Part shown: piece after piece, positions 26,801 through 38,745 of the stretch
How the letters are laid out: the number at the start of each line of letters is the position of its first letter
How positions within the stretch are numbered: position 1 is the stretch's first letter
Source: the human T2T-CHM13v2.0 reference genome, Homo sapiens
Reading direction: 5' to 3' (one strand)
Assembly: GCF_009914755.1 (NCBI RefSeq)
Contig: NC_060947.1
Length of the DNA: 64,000 nt
Position numbers and translations under genes: made by a program
Notes under the pieces: model-generated
Seen by the model: the letters and a program-made list of their open reading frames with translations, nothing else
Database searches by the model: none
What the model was told of the DNA's origin: nothing

Positions 26801-29722
26801 TCTCAGCTTGCCTGTTGTTGTTTTATAGGAATGCTAGCAATTTTTGTACAATAATTTTGTATCCTGAGACTTTGCCGAAGTTGCTTATTAGCTTAAGAAG
26901 CTTTTGGGCTGAGACTATGGGGTTTTCTAGATATAGAATCATGTCATCTGCAAACAAACATAATTTGACTTCCTCTCTTCCTATTTGAGTGTCCTTTATT
27001 CTTTTCTCTTGCCTGATTGCTCTGGCCAGAAATTCCAATACTATGTTGAATAGGAGTGATGAGAGAGGGCATCCTTGTCTTGTGCTGGTTTTCAAGGGGA
27101 ACACTTTCAGCTTTTGCCCATTCAGTATGATATTGGCTGTGGGTTTGTCATATATGGCTCTTATTATTTTATGATATGTTCCTGCAATACCTAGTTTATT
27201 GAGAGTTTTTAGCATGAAGGAATGTTGAATTTTATCAAAGGCCTTTTCTGAATCTATTGAGATAATTCATGTGGTTTTTGTCTTTAGTTCTGTTTATGTG
27301 ATGAATCACATTTATTGATTTGCATATGTTGAACCAAACTTGCTTCCCAGAGATAAGGCCTACTTGATCATGGTGGATACGTTTTGTGATGTGCTGATGG
27401 ATTTGGTTTGCCAGTACTTTGTTGAGGATATTTGCATCAATGTTTATCAAGGATATTGGCCTGAAGTTTTCTTTTTTTATTGTATCTCTGCCAGATTTTG
27501 CTATCAGGATAATGCTGGCCTCATAGAATGAGTTAGGAAGGAGTCCTTCCTTTCCAATATTTTGGAATAGTTTCAGTAGGAATGGTACACACTCCTCTGT
27601 GTACCTCTGGTAGATTCCTCTGTGAATCTGTCTGGTTCTGAGCTTTTTTTAGTTGGTAGGCTATTCATTACCGTCTCAATTTCAGAACTTGTTATTGGTC
27701 TATTCAGGGATTCAGTTTCTTCCTGGTTCAGTCTTGGGAGGGTGTATGTGTCCAGGAATTTATCCATTTCTTCTAGAGTTTCTAGTTTATGTGCATAGAG
27801 GTGTTTATAGTATTCTCTGATGGTTGTTTGTATTTCTGTAAGGTCAGTGATGATATCCCCCTTATTTCTGATTGTGTTTATTTGAATCTCCTCTCTTTAC
27901 TTCTTTGTTAGTATAGCTAATGGTCTATCTATTTTATTAATTTTTTCAAAAAAAAACAGCTCCTGGATTTGTTGGTTTTTTGAAGTTTTTTTTTTTTTTT
28001 GGTTTCTCCTCTCTTTCAGTTTGGTTCTCATGTTGGTTATTTCCTGTCTTCTGCTAGCTTTGGGGTTTGTTTGCTCATGGTTCTCTAGTTCTTTTAGTTG
28101 TAATGTTAGGTTGTTAACTTGAACTCTTTCTAGCTTTTTGATGTGGGCATTTAGTGCTATAAATTTCCATTTTAACACTGCTTTAGCTGCATTGCAGAGA
28201 TTCTGGTACATGGTGTCTTTGTTCTCATTAATTTCAAAGAAATTCTTGATTTCTGCCTTAATTTTATCATTTACTCAAGAGTCATTCAGGAGCAGGTTGT
28301 TCAATTTCTATATAGTTGTGTGTTTCTGAGTGAATTTCTTAGTCTTGAGTTCTAATTTGATTGCACTGTGGTCTGAGAGACTGTTTGTTAGGATTTCAGT
28401 TATTTTGCATTTGCTGAGGAGTGTCTTGTTTCCAATTATGTGATCAATTTTAGAGTGAGTGCCATGCGGCAATAAGAAGAATGTATATTCTGTTGGTTTT
28501 TGGTGGAGAGTTCTGTAGATATTTATCAGGTCCACTTGATCCAGAGGTGAGTTCGGGTCCTGAATATTTTTGTTAATTTTCTGTCTTGATTATCTGTCTG
28601 ATATTGTCAGTGGGGTGTTAATGTCTTCTACTATTATTGTGTGTGAGAGTAAGTCTCTTTGAAGGTCTCTAAGAACTTGCTTTATGAATCTGGGTGCTTC
28701 TGTATTAGGTACATATATATTTAGGATAGTTCACTCTTCTTGTCAAATTGAACCCTTTACCATTATGTAATGCCCTTCTTTGCCTTTTAAAATATTTGTT
28801 GGTTTATTAATGTCTGTTTTGTCAGAAACTAGGATTGCAGCCCTTGCTTTTCTCTGTTTTCCATTGCTTGGTAATTTTTTCTCCATCTGTTTATTTTGAG
28901 CCTATGTGTGTCTTTGCATGTGAGATGGGTCTCTTGAAGACAGCATACTGATGTGTCTTGGTTATTTATCCAGCTTGCTATTCTGTGTTTTTTAATTGGG
29001 GCATTTAGCCCATTTATATTTAAGGTTAGTATTGTTATGTGTGGATTTGATCCTGTCATCATGATGCTAGCTGGTTATTTTGCAGACTTGTTTATGTGGT
29101 TGCTTCATAGTGTCACTGGTCTGTGCACTTCAGTGAGTTTTTGTAGTGGCTTATAATGGTTTTACCTTTCCATATTTAGTGCTTCCTTCAGGAGCACTTG
29201 CAAGGCAGCTCTGGTGGTTAAAAGTTCCCTCAGCATTTGCTTATCTGAAACGGAACTTATTCATCCTTTGCTTATGAAGCTTAGTTTGGCCAGATATGAA
29301 ATTCTGGGTTGGGAATTCTTTTCTTTAGGAATGTTAAATATTGGCCCCTCAGTCTCTTCTGGCTCATAGGGTTTCCCTGAGAGGTCTGCTGTTAGTCTGA
29401 TGGGCTTCCATTTGTAGGTAACCTGGCCCTTCTCTCTGGCTTCCCTTAACATTTTTTTTCATTTCGACCTTGGAGAATCTGATGATTATCTGTCTTGGAG
29501 ATGATATTCTTGTGGAATATCTTACTGGGGTTCTCTATATTTCCTGAATTTGAATGTTGACCTGTCTTGCTAGGTTGGGGAAATTCTCCTGGATGATATA
29601 CTGAAGTATGTTTTCCAACTTGGTTCTATTCTCTCTGTCTCTTTCAGGTACCCCAATTAGTCATAGATTAATTCTCTTGATATAATCCCACATTTCTCAG
29701 AGGTTTTGTTCATTCCTTTTCA

Positions 29723-30104
29723 TTTTTTTTTAAATTATACTTTAAGTTCTGGGATACATGTGCAGAATGTGCAGGTTTGTTATATAGGTATACACATGGC
29801 ATGGCGGTTTGCTGCACCCATCAACCCATCAACTACATTAAGTATTTCTCTAATGCTATCCCTCCCCTAGCTCCCCATCCCCTGACAGGCCCCAGTGTGT
29901 GATGTTCCCCTCCCTGTGTCCATGTGTTCTCATTGTTCAACTCCCACTTATGAGTGAGAACATGCAGGGTTTGGTTTTCTGTTCCTGTGTTAGTTTGCTG
30001 AGAATGATGATTTCTAGCTTCATCCGTGTCCCTGCAAAGGACATGAATTCATCCTTTTTATGGCTGCATAGTATTCCACGATGTGTATGTGCCACATTTT
30101 CTTT
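29723..30104 (-). mobile_element. 5'-truncated L1PA7-like 3' end inserted in ORF1 of the host L1
   Basis: T-tail followed by ATTATACTTTAAGTTCTGGGATACATGTGCAG...CCCTCCCCTAG...GACAGGCCCCAGTGTGTGATG. Host ORF1 resumes at TTTTTCTCTATTC. Confidence 0.9.
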
Positions 30105-30749
30105 TTTCTCTATTCTTATCTGCCTGTCTTAATTCAGAAAGCCAGTCTTCAAGCTCTGAGATTCCTTCCTCTGCTTGGCCTATTCTGTTATTAATACTTG
30201 TGCTTGCATTGTGAAGTTCTTGCAGTGTGTTTTTCAGCTCTAACAGGTCAGTTATGTTCTTCTCTAAACTGGCTATTTTGGCTGTCAGCTCCTGTAATGT
30301 TTTACCATGATTCTTTGCTTTTTTGCATTGGGTTACAACATGTTCCTTTATGTCAGCGAAGTTTGTTATTATCTATGTTCTGAAGCCTACTTCTGTCATT
30401 TCACCCATCTCAGCCACAGCCCAGTTCTGAGTCCTTGCTGGAGTGGTGTTGAAATCATTTGGAGGAAAGGGGGCACTCTGGCTTTTTAGTTTTCAACATT
30501 TTTGTGTTGATTCTTTCTAATCTTTGAGGGCTCATCTGCTTGTGATATTTGAGGTTGCTGAGCTTTGGATGGGTTTTTTGTGTGTTTTGTTGTTGTTGTT
30601 TTCTGTTGGTTTGTTTGTTTTTCTTTTAACAGTCTGGCTACTCTCCCATAGGGCTGCCACAGTTTTCTGGGGGTCTGTCTGGTCCAGACCCTAGTTGCCT
30701 TGGTTCTTCCCATACCTGGAGGTATCACCAGTGAAGGCTGCAAAACAGC

Positions 30750-31600
30750 AAAGATGGTAGCCTGCCTCTTCCTCTGGAAGCTCCGTCCTGGGAGTTACTG
30801 ACTTATTTCTGGCCCAAACATGCCTGTAGGAGATGGCTGGGGACCCTGGTTGGGAGGTCTCAACCTGTCAGGAGGAGTGGTATCAGGGACCTGCTTAAAG
30901 AAGCATTTAGGCTGCATTTTGGTAGAGCAACTGTGTTGTGTTGGAGATCTCTTCAGACCCTGATCAGTTTGGGTTCTCCAAGGCCCACAGGCTGGACCAG
31001 CTGAGAAGCCCGAATGGCCAAGGTGACAGCCTGCCCCACCCCTCAGGCACTCCATCCCAGAAAGAAATTAGAGCTCTGTTGGGCTGGTAGAGCACAGATA
31101 GAGATGGCTAGAGGCCCTGGCTGGGAAGACCCACCCTGTGAAGAGGAGTGGATCGGGGTCCCACTTAAAGAAGCAGTCTGGCCACAGCTCAACAAAACAA
31201 CTGTGTCATGGTTGGGAACCAATTTTGCCCCTGTTGACTTGGACTGTCCAAAGCCTGCAGGCCAGAACCACTGAGTCACCCAACCAACCTGGGTGGTGGC
31301 CCTTCCCTCCCCTAGGCACTCCATCCCTGGGTGAGATCAGAGATCTGTCCATAATATGTGCAGGTGGGCAGGCGTGGCTAGAGGTCCTGGCTGCGAGGTC
31401 CTGCCCAGTGAGGAGGAATGGATTGGGGCCCTGCTTAGAGAAGCAGTCTGGCCACAATATGGCAAAGCCACTGTGGGGCACTGCTGGGGGGATCCTTCCT
31501 CGACTGGATTATTTGGAGTCTCCGAAGCCCACAGACACAAATGACTGAGTCAACCACACAGCAGAGATGGCACCCACCCCTCCCCTTGGAGGCTCCATCC
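30750..31600. repeat. Diverged 270-bp tandem array (~3.2 units) in the L1 5'UTR
   Basis: Anchor TTA(A/G)AGAAGCA recurs at 30895, 31165 and 31435; CTCC(A/G)TCC recurs at 30781, 31050, 31319 and ~31593. Confidence 0.85.
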
Positions 31601-32582
31601 TGTTTCAGGCAGGCTCCGCCCTGTTGCCAGTGGCTGGCTGGAATGCCAAGCCAGTGAGTCTTATTTTGTGAGATGCTGTGGAAGTGGGGTCCACAGAATG
31701 ATACTGCTTGAGTTCCTGGATTCTGCCCCCTTCCTAGGGGTATGTGTGGACCTTCTGCCTTGCCTGAGTTGCAGACACGTTTGTTGGGGATCCTGGAGCC
31801 AGATTATGCAAAGCTTCTGGGCCTATGCATGCCTGAGAAGGTGCTCTGCCAACTTCACATAGCTCTGTGTGTCAGACCTAAGGTCCTGGTGGCAGGGGAT
31901 CATGAGGGGATCTCCTGATCCATGATTTGCAAAGATCCGTGGGAGAAGCATAGTTTCCCATGAGTGCAAAATCATTCACCGCTTCCCTTGACTGGGGTTC
32001 CCTTGGCTCTGTCATTCCTGAGTGGGCCATCGCCCCACCCTGCTTTTCTTTTTCCTCTGTGGGTCGAGTTATTTTCCTGATCAGTCCCAATGTGACTACC
32101 TGGATATTTTAGATGAGGGTGCTGTATTCACTTGCCCCTTTCATTCCTCTCTGTGAGTGCTGCAGACCTCAGCTGCTTCTAATTGGCCATCTTGGCCCCT
32201 CTGAACTCTCTTTAAATTATACCCTGACTCTTTTGATTATTTTAGGTTGACATTTGATGACCTGCAGATGGGACCTGAAGCAAGCTTCCTACAATCCTCA
32301 CTGCTTTGCTGACATTTGGAACTTTAGTACAGGATGAGTGGCTTTCACTTATTTGACTTCATCAGAGCTGAAGAGGGTCTCTGGCATGGCTTCTCTCAGG
32401 TTTTGAATCTCCCTGGTTTTGGCTGAGATTCATACTTTATTCAGGCATTCTGATTCCACACTCAACAAAACTGGAATTGAAGCTTCACTTTTAAAAGTGG
32501 GAGTTTCATTTGTTATTTCTTTAGAGATTCTGCTGTTTGCTGATACTGTTAGTATAATTTGGTTTTGTTTTGAAAGGTCAAA

Positions 32583-32942
32583 AGTATACGTGCAACAACA
32601 TGGATGAACGTTGAAAACATTATGCTAAGTGAAGGAAGCCACTCACCAAGGACCACATACTGTATGTTTCCATTTATATGAAATCTCCAGAATAGGCAAA
32701 TTCCTAGAGACAAAAGTCACATTAGTAGTTGCCGGGGCTGGAGGTGGGTGGGTGGGGGAATGGGGAATGATAACTAAGGGGTAAAGGATTTCTTGTCAGG
32801 TAATGAGAATATTCTAAAGCTGATTGCGGTGACTGATGTACAACTATATGAATACACTATAAGCCATTGGATTGTAAACTTTAAACGGGTGAATTGTATG
32901 GCATGGTATGTCAGTTAAATTTCAATAAAGCTGTTTAAAAAA
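32583..32942 (+). mobile_element. L1MB-class 3' end
   Basis: ACATGGATGAACGTTGAAAACATTATGCTAAGTGAA...TCAATAAAGCTGTTTAAAAAA. Confidence 0.88.
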
Positions 32943-33436
32943 CACTCATGAAGACTAACTGGAAGCTCCTCAAGTGAAAAACATGCTATTATCTTGTCAG
33001 CCTAAGGCAATTTTTACAAAAGGCTCTCCAGACTATCTTCTAGTTCTCTAACCTAGATGGGCTACTTGAGTTTGTATCAACTACTTTCCTTTGGCTGCTC
33101 ACAGCAGTTCCGCCCCTTGGCTGAACTCCCATCTCAGACTTAGCCCTTGCCCTTCAGTCTGTCATTAGTGCATTGAACCTTTTCCCCTATGGCTCACACT
33201 GGTTCCACGGTCCTTACCCTCATCTCCACCAGTCCCAATACTGCTCTCCCTCCTGCCTCAGTCTGCTGGGCAAATTTCTAGCACATCATCAAATCAGCCT
33301 CCCTTGAACCCTTGCAGATATCCCCCTTACAAAATATCATCTAGTGCTCTCAACAGAGACAAGGCTAGGAGACCAGTGGTCAGAGATGCTGGAGAGAGGG
33401 GTTTGAGCACTGGGAGGAAGATTGAATTAGAATGAC

Positions 33437-33602
33437 CAATGCTTCTAAAAATTTAATGTGAACACAAATCAACTGAATCAACTGGGGGTCTTGTTAAAAT
33501 GCCCATGCTGATTCGGCAGCTCTGAGGCCTTAGGTTGTGCATGCCTAATAAGCTCTCAGGTGATGCTCTGCTGGTCCTGAGACCCCACTTTGAGTATTAA
33601 GG
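33437..33602. mobile_element. MER5-like hAT MITE
   Basis: GGGGGTCTTGTTAAAATGC...AAGCTCTCAGGTGATGCT...CCACTTTGAGTA. Confidence 0.7.
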
Positions 33603-34937
33603 AGACAGACCATCTCTGAGGTCTATTTTAGCTCTTACATTCCATCTTATACTTGACCAAGTTGATCACAGGAGACCCACCTACATCCCATCTGACGCTG
33701 CTGTTGCAGCTCATGAACAGCTCCTGCAGAGTTCTCTCTGGAGGCTCTGGAAGTGCAAGTTACAATGTAACAGAATGGAAAACGGCTTTTCTCTTAAGCA
33801 GGATAATATTGCTAGCATTAAGAGTCATATCAACCAAATATGGAATATAAAATATGATCAAAGTACCATCAAATCATTTTTGTCTCACCAAAGTTGATTA
33901 ATTTCTGAGGAATGCTTTTATTTAACTTACATTTAAGTCTCATTTGTTAAAGAATGGTATATAAAACCATTTTTAGAAGTTGGCAAACTGTGCCAGGAGT
34001 AAGAGAAAAAGAGAACTCAAAAGTGTTACGATAATTTTTATTTCAACGATTGATTCACAACTCTAGAAAATCAAAAGGGTAAAATCCATAATTTTTAGAT
34101 TACACTAATTATTACCATCACCATGTTATTAATTTTATTATTATTTTAAATTAGAATAATTCATGAAAATTGTTTTCAAAATGCATTTGTACAGAAACAT
34201 GTGTAATAATAAACAGTAGTCCCTGATATCACCCCTTCCCAGTTGCATCTATTTTTAAATGATTTTGCCCCCTTTTTCTTTGTAGCTACTTCCACATTCC
34301 TAAATACAATATATTTTTCTACTGTTTCTTGATGTATCAGTTGTACACATGATATATTGACTTCCTCTATAATAAATGAGAATTTTGCTTCTGTATTTCT
34401 TCTCTCCTCATCTTACTAACAAATTCATATGCCTATTTCAGTTCCACTGTTAGTTACCTCTGTAGATCTAAGTAATACATTTTAATTTTATCAACTAGAT
34501 ACAAAGTACAGAATCCTTAACTCCTCACTTTTTAATGAGAATCTTAAGGATGCTACCTTTTCTTAACTCTTCTCTCACATGTCCACCTCCTAACTTTTGC
34601 CCCCATACACTTGCATTTCTATTTGAAGGTTCATAACAACCATGAACATATAATTCAAGTAAGTAAATCCTCTCCTTTTCTGTAAGTTAATTCTACAAGT
34701 GGAAAATCAAAAATGTTTACATCATTGTAGCTATGTAAATATTGTTCACTGTCAGACAAAGTAGTGTTACTATGACATTTCATTTCTCCAAAGCTATTTC
34801 TTAACTTTTCTTATTGTCTTTTTATTGCAGTAATAGAATAGGCCCTCAACTTGAGATATTCTTACTCAAAAAGTACTTACTTTTTTAGTTAAAAGCCTCA
34901 GAAAATTCCCAGATCTTCTTTTCTTACCTTAACATAG

Positions 34938-35279
34938 TGTCTTAATCCATTTGCTACTGCTATAACAGAATACTACAGACTGGGTAATTTATAATGAACA
35001 GAAATTTATTAGCTTATGGTTCTGGAGGTTGCGATGCCCAAGATCAAGGAGCCAGCATCTGGCGAGGGTCTTCTTGCTGTGTCATCCCATGGCAGAAGGC
35101 AAGAGGAAGAGAGAGAGCAAGAGGTTGAATTTACAACCTGAAGTCCTTTTATAATCAGCATGAATCTATTCCTGAAGGTAGAACCCTCATGACTAATTAG
35201 GCCCCACCTCCCAACAGTGTTGTATTGGGGAATAAGTTTTCAACACATCCTTTTTGGGGGACATAGTCAAACCATAGCA
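34938..35279 (-). mobile_element. MST (MSTC/D-like) MaLR solo LTR
   Basis: TGTCTTAATCCATTTG...ACAGACTGGGTAATTTATAATGAACAGAAATTTATT...CAAACCATAGCA. Confidence 0.88.
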
Positions 35280-35484
35280 TATGGGTTTTGGACCTGTTTG
35301 AATTTTGTTATGTCCCCAACTCATCCTTTTTTTCTAGTTCTTAGTGAAGTTTGAGCTCAGATTGCTCCAGGACACAGGATAAGAAGAAGCATCTGGCTCT
35401 TCAAAGCTTGCTCTGGAGTAAAAGACCTACAAATCTTAAATGATTATCTGTGTGCTGGAAGGTCAAGACTCCTTTCCCTTGCAT

Positions 35485-35718
35485 CAGTATTTTTTAAACT
35501 GCAGCTCACTACCCAATAGTGGGACATGAACTGAATTTGCTGGGTCACAACCAACATTTTGAAAAAGTGAAATAGAATGAACAGACTTCATCATCCATAG
35601 TAAGGTTTAAGTGTTTTTAAAATAATATGTATATGTATATATTAGTATGTGTGTTCTGATTGCATGTGAAATATATATTTAACTGTTGGTTGCTATTAAA
35701 AAGGCTTGAACAATCCTG
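35485..35718. mobile_element. hAT-Charlie-type MITE
   Basis: CAG...CTG termini (CAGTATTTTTTAAACT / GCTTGAACAATCCTG). 8-bp TSD CCTTGCAT (35477-35484) / TCTTGCAT (35719-35726). Confidence 0.75.
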
Positions 35719-38700
35719 TCTTGCATGCTGAATGGGTCTCTTTTGGGCCTGATTTCTGGTTTTAAAGTTGCCCTTTTTGATCAGTGTATAACACTTCTTG
35801 GTACTGAGGAGATGGGACCTCACTGTGTCTAACAGAGCCTCAGGCTCTACTTCTTTTTTTCTGAAATTCATCTTCCCATGTTAATTACTGAGACCTGTTG
35901 TGGCTCAAGTTCCCTGTGGGTTTCTGAACCTCATCTTCACTGGGACTCCTGGTGGGAAATGGCTGGTCTCCCTTTGTGCCTTGCCTGGTGTATTGAAAAC
36001 CAGAATAGATCATTTATTGATCAAATTATCTTCAAAGTAGTCATGATATAAAATGAATAATACTGGCCAGAAAAGAATGTAGACAGTGAACATTTTCTTG
36101 AACTTCAAATATATTATGCCAGTTTTAAAAAGTAATAAGAATAAATATTACAGTACAAAAAGGGACAAAATGTATAGATGAATACTTTTTAATTACATGA
36201 CTGTCATGTTGGGGAAAAATGGTGACATGGCCACGGCACACATAAAGAAAAATGTCTGAAAGCATTAATACCACCAGGTTCACAGAACAATTTTGTTCAT
36301 GAAATAGCAGAATTGAAGTAACTCGGTTTCTGTTTCTCTGTATTTATAATCATTTTGCTATCACTTCTTAGTTTGAATCTACTGTTTAAATGCAGAGATG
36401 TGCTGTATTACAGGGGATGGAGCAAGGAACTTCATCCAAAGTGAGCTCCATTCACTTAGAACTGTTATCTTCTCTAGCAATGGGCCCATGTAGCTGAGAC
36501 TACATGTGTCAGGATGTCTCTATAACTGGGAGTTCTCTGAATTCATTTCCTTGTAAAATACCATGTTGATTGAAGAATAAGCAATACAAAATGCTGTTTT
36601 GAAGTTTATGTATATGTAACAGTTTTAAAGCTTAAAAGCAATCACGAAAACAAGAGAATTTTTTTTTTTTTTTTTTTGCGGGGGGAGTATTTTCTTGCTG
36701 ATTTATTTAGAATTGCTAGTACATGGTGAAAATCAAGCAGATGGACTAGCTGGTGTTATTATTGTTTTAAAATAATCTATAAACAATGTAGTCTCTTATT
36801 GTCTGTACCTGGGATTGACTGTTCCCACTGCCTTACCTGTGGTACCCCAAACTCCAGGAAGAAAAGCCACTCCCACTCTTTTATTAGTTCTTTTGATAAT
36901 GTGTTTAGAGTCCTCAAATAGAATTAGGGAAATGAACCTGTGAAACGCAACACAATGATTCTTGCTCACAGCTAGCTCCTCATTTTCTTTTGGTAGGCTT
37001 TAAGCCAGGGAACAGGTTTATGGACTTTTCTTGGCTCTAAGTTTCTACTCCCAGCAAGCGTGTATGTGTGTGTGTGTGGTGGTGGGCAGGGGATGGATGG
37101 TAAGCGTTGGGTGGAATGAGGAAAACACACGGAAGCAAATTTGGCTACAGAAGGTTCATAGGATGCACATACATGCCAAGTGAAAGGAAATCCCTGGACA
37201 TCCATAATACTTCTAAGATCAAGTCTAATCAAAATCTTGGGTTATATTTGCCAATATACTTGCAAGTTTACATGGGTACTGCCTCTTTGCTTCTCACCGC
37301 CATCCTCAGTTGTTTTTCTCTCAGTTACAAACACCAACTCAAACTTTCCTCAGATTCTATAAGCAGAGTCACAGGTTGTTTGGTTAACCTTTGCTTTTAT
37401 TTTTCTTCACTTTTCAAACAGGAGAACATCTGTGACTGACTTAATCTGCCTCCAGCGTTATAAATGTGCCTTTGTTGCTTACTTTTTTACTTGTTTCAAT
37501 GGCAAGGGTCCTAGCTTTGTACACATGTAGGTTCCCAACTTAAGTCCACCCAGCCTAGCCTAACTTTCAGAGCTCAATGGGGGGAGGGGATTTCTTCCAG
37601 AGGGAACAAGTTACTTAAAATGGAGGAACAGCTTAGTGCTAATGAAATTGTTTCAAACAGGAACTCTCTGGCTTCAAACTGTCTTCCTGTCTTATTTTGA
37701 GCTCATCATTCTCTTGCCTGAATTCCATATGAGAACTAGCCTGGGCTTCTTGATTTCTCCTCTTGTTTTATACATACTTGTATCCTGCCATGTATCCCCG
37801 GGCTTCCTTCTGGCCTTAGGGCCAGCTTGGCCTCTGCTTCCCCTTCAGATTCAGCTAGTGGAGAAGGTACTCTCATCTTTCAAGGTTTAGTTTCAAGGCT
37901 GCGCCTTCAATGCAGTCTGTTATCCCAGCCAAATGCCCTTTGTCCTTTCTCTACAGCCCTAAGTCCCTTACTCTGTTATTGCCCAAGTGACTTGCACAGC
38001 TTGCTGCTCTGCACTGTAGATATCCACTTGCGGGGTCGGGGGAGGCATCTTATGCAGCCAATGGACTATAAACCATTTGAAGGTAGAGCCTAACTTATTG
38101 AACAATTTTTTTTCTCACTATACAATGTATCATATATCCTTGAACAAAATGTATGCACCATAAATTTGCTTAGTGGATAAAAAGTTTAAAAATGGAATGA
38201 GAGTCACAAAATGTATCCCTGCATTAATTGAGTCTGTGTGTATATGAAGCTATTATTTAAACATTTTCCATGATTCTGTTAATACAAAGCAATGCTTTTC
38301 AAAACAACAAGACAAAGACAAATATTCCAATAGATAATGTGGGAAATAATGTGATCATTTAAAAAATATGTTGATTAGATATTTGTGTTTCTTCTTTTGT
38401 AAAATGTGTATTGACTATCAATAGCAATCAAGGAAATACAAATCAAAACGACAGAAAGAAAGCCACTTTTTGGCCTAACTGAGCGGCAAAGGTCTTTTAA
38501 AACAGTGTAATACTTAGTGTTTGGAAAAGTTCCATGTGGGATCTGATATGCTGCTGGGAGATTGTAAGGTTTGAGAACCTTTCTGAATAGCAGTTTGCAT
38601 CAAGAGACTTAAAATGTGCATATTCTACAACCATTTTAGAAAACTGTTTGACAGAATATACTGAGAATAAAAATATGCCATCTCAATAAACTAGTATTTC

Positions 38701-38745
38701 CACTCCTAAGTATTAATACATATCCAACAGAAGTTTGTGTGTATG

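Larger units (their letters stand above)
24994..32201 (-). mobile_element. Near full-length degraded LINE-1 (L1PA10-12-like)
   Basis: 5' end GAGGGGCCAAGATGGCCAATTAGAAGCAGC and a long 5'UTR. ORF1 pieces (LREAREKGQVTYK). ORF2 pieces MMTGSNPHITILTLN (29062), QGCPLS and LFADD (26823-27215), CPSMIDWIKKMW. 3'UTR and T-rich tail present. Many stops and frameshifts. Confidence 0.95.

Noticed and set aside
30750-31600. Regularly spaced motifs as a CRISPR-like repeat-spacer array
   Set aside because: Whole 270-bp units are homologous, with no unique spacers, and the context is a eukaryotic L1 5'UTR.
24985-32215. TSD for the L1PA10-12-like element (GAAACTATTATTT vs TGAACTCTCTTT)
   Set aside because: The match is too weak to call. 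Decay or a target-site deletion cannot be distinguished without an orthologous empty site.
36651-36697. Isolated T19 run as an orphan retrotransposed poly(A) tail
   Set aside because: There is no direct-repeat TSD or attached element body, so it is probably a simple homopolymer expansion.
37385-37470. Strong acceptor-like site (TTTTCTTCACTTTTCAAACAG|G at ~37421)
   Set aside because: I found no convincing downstream donor, and the sequence gives no recognisable peptide. Such sites are common in AT-rich DNA.
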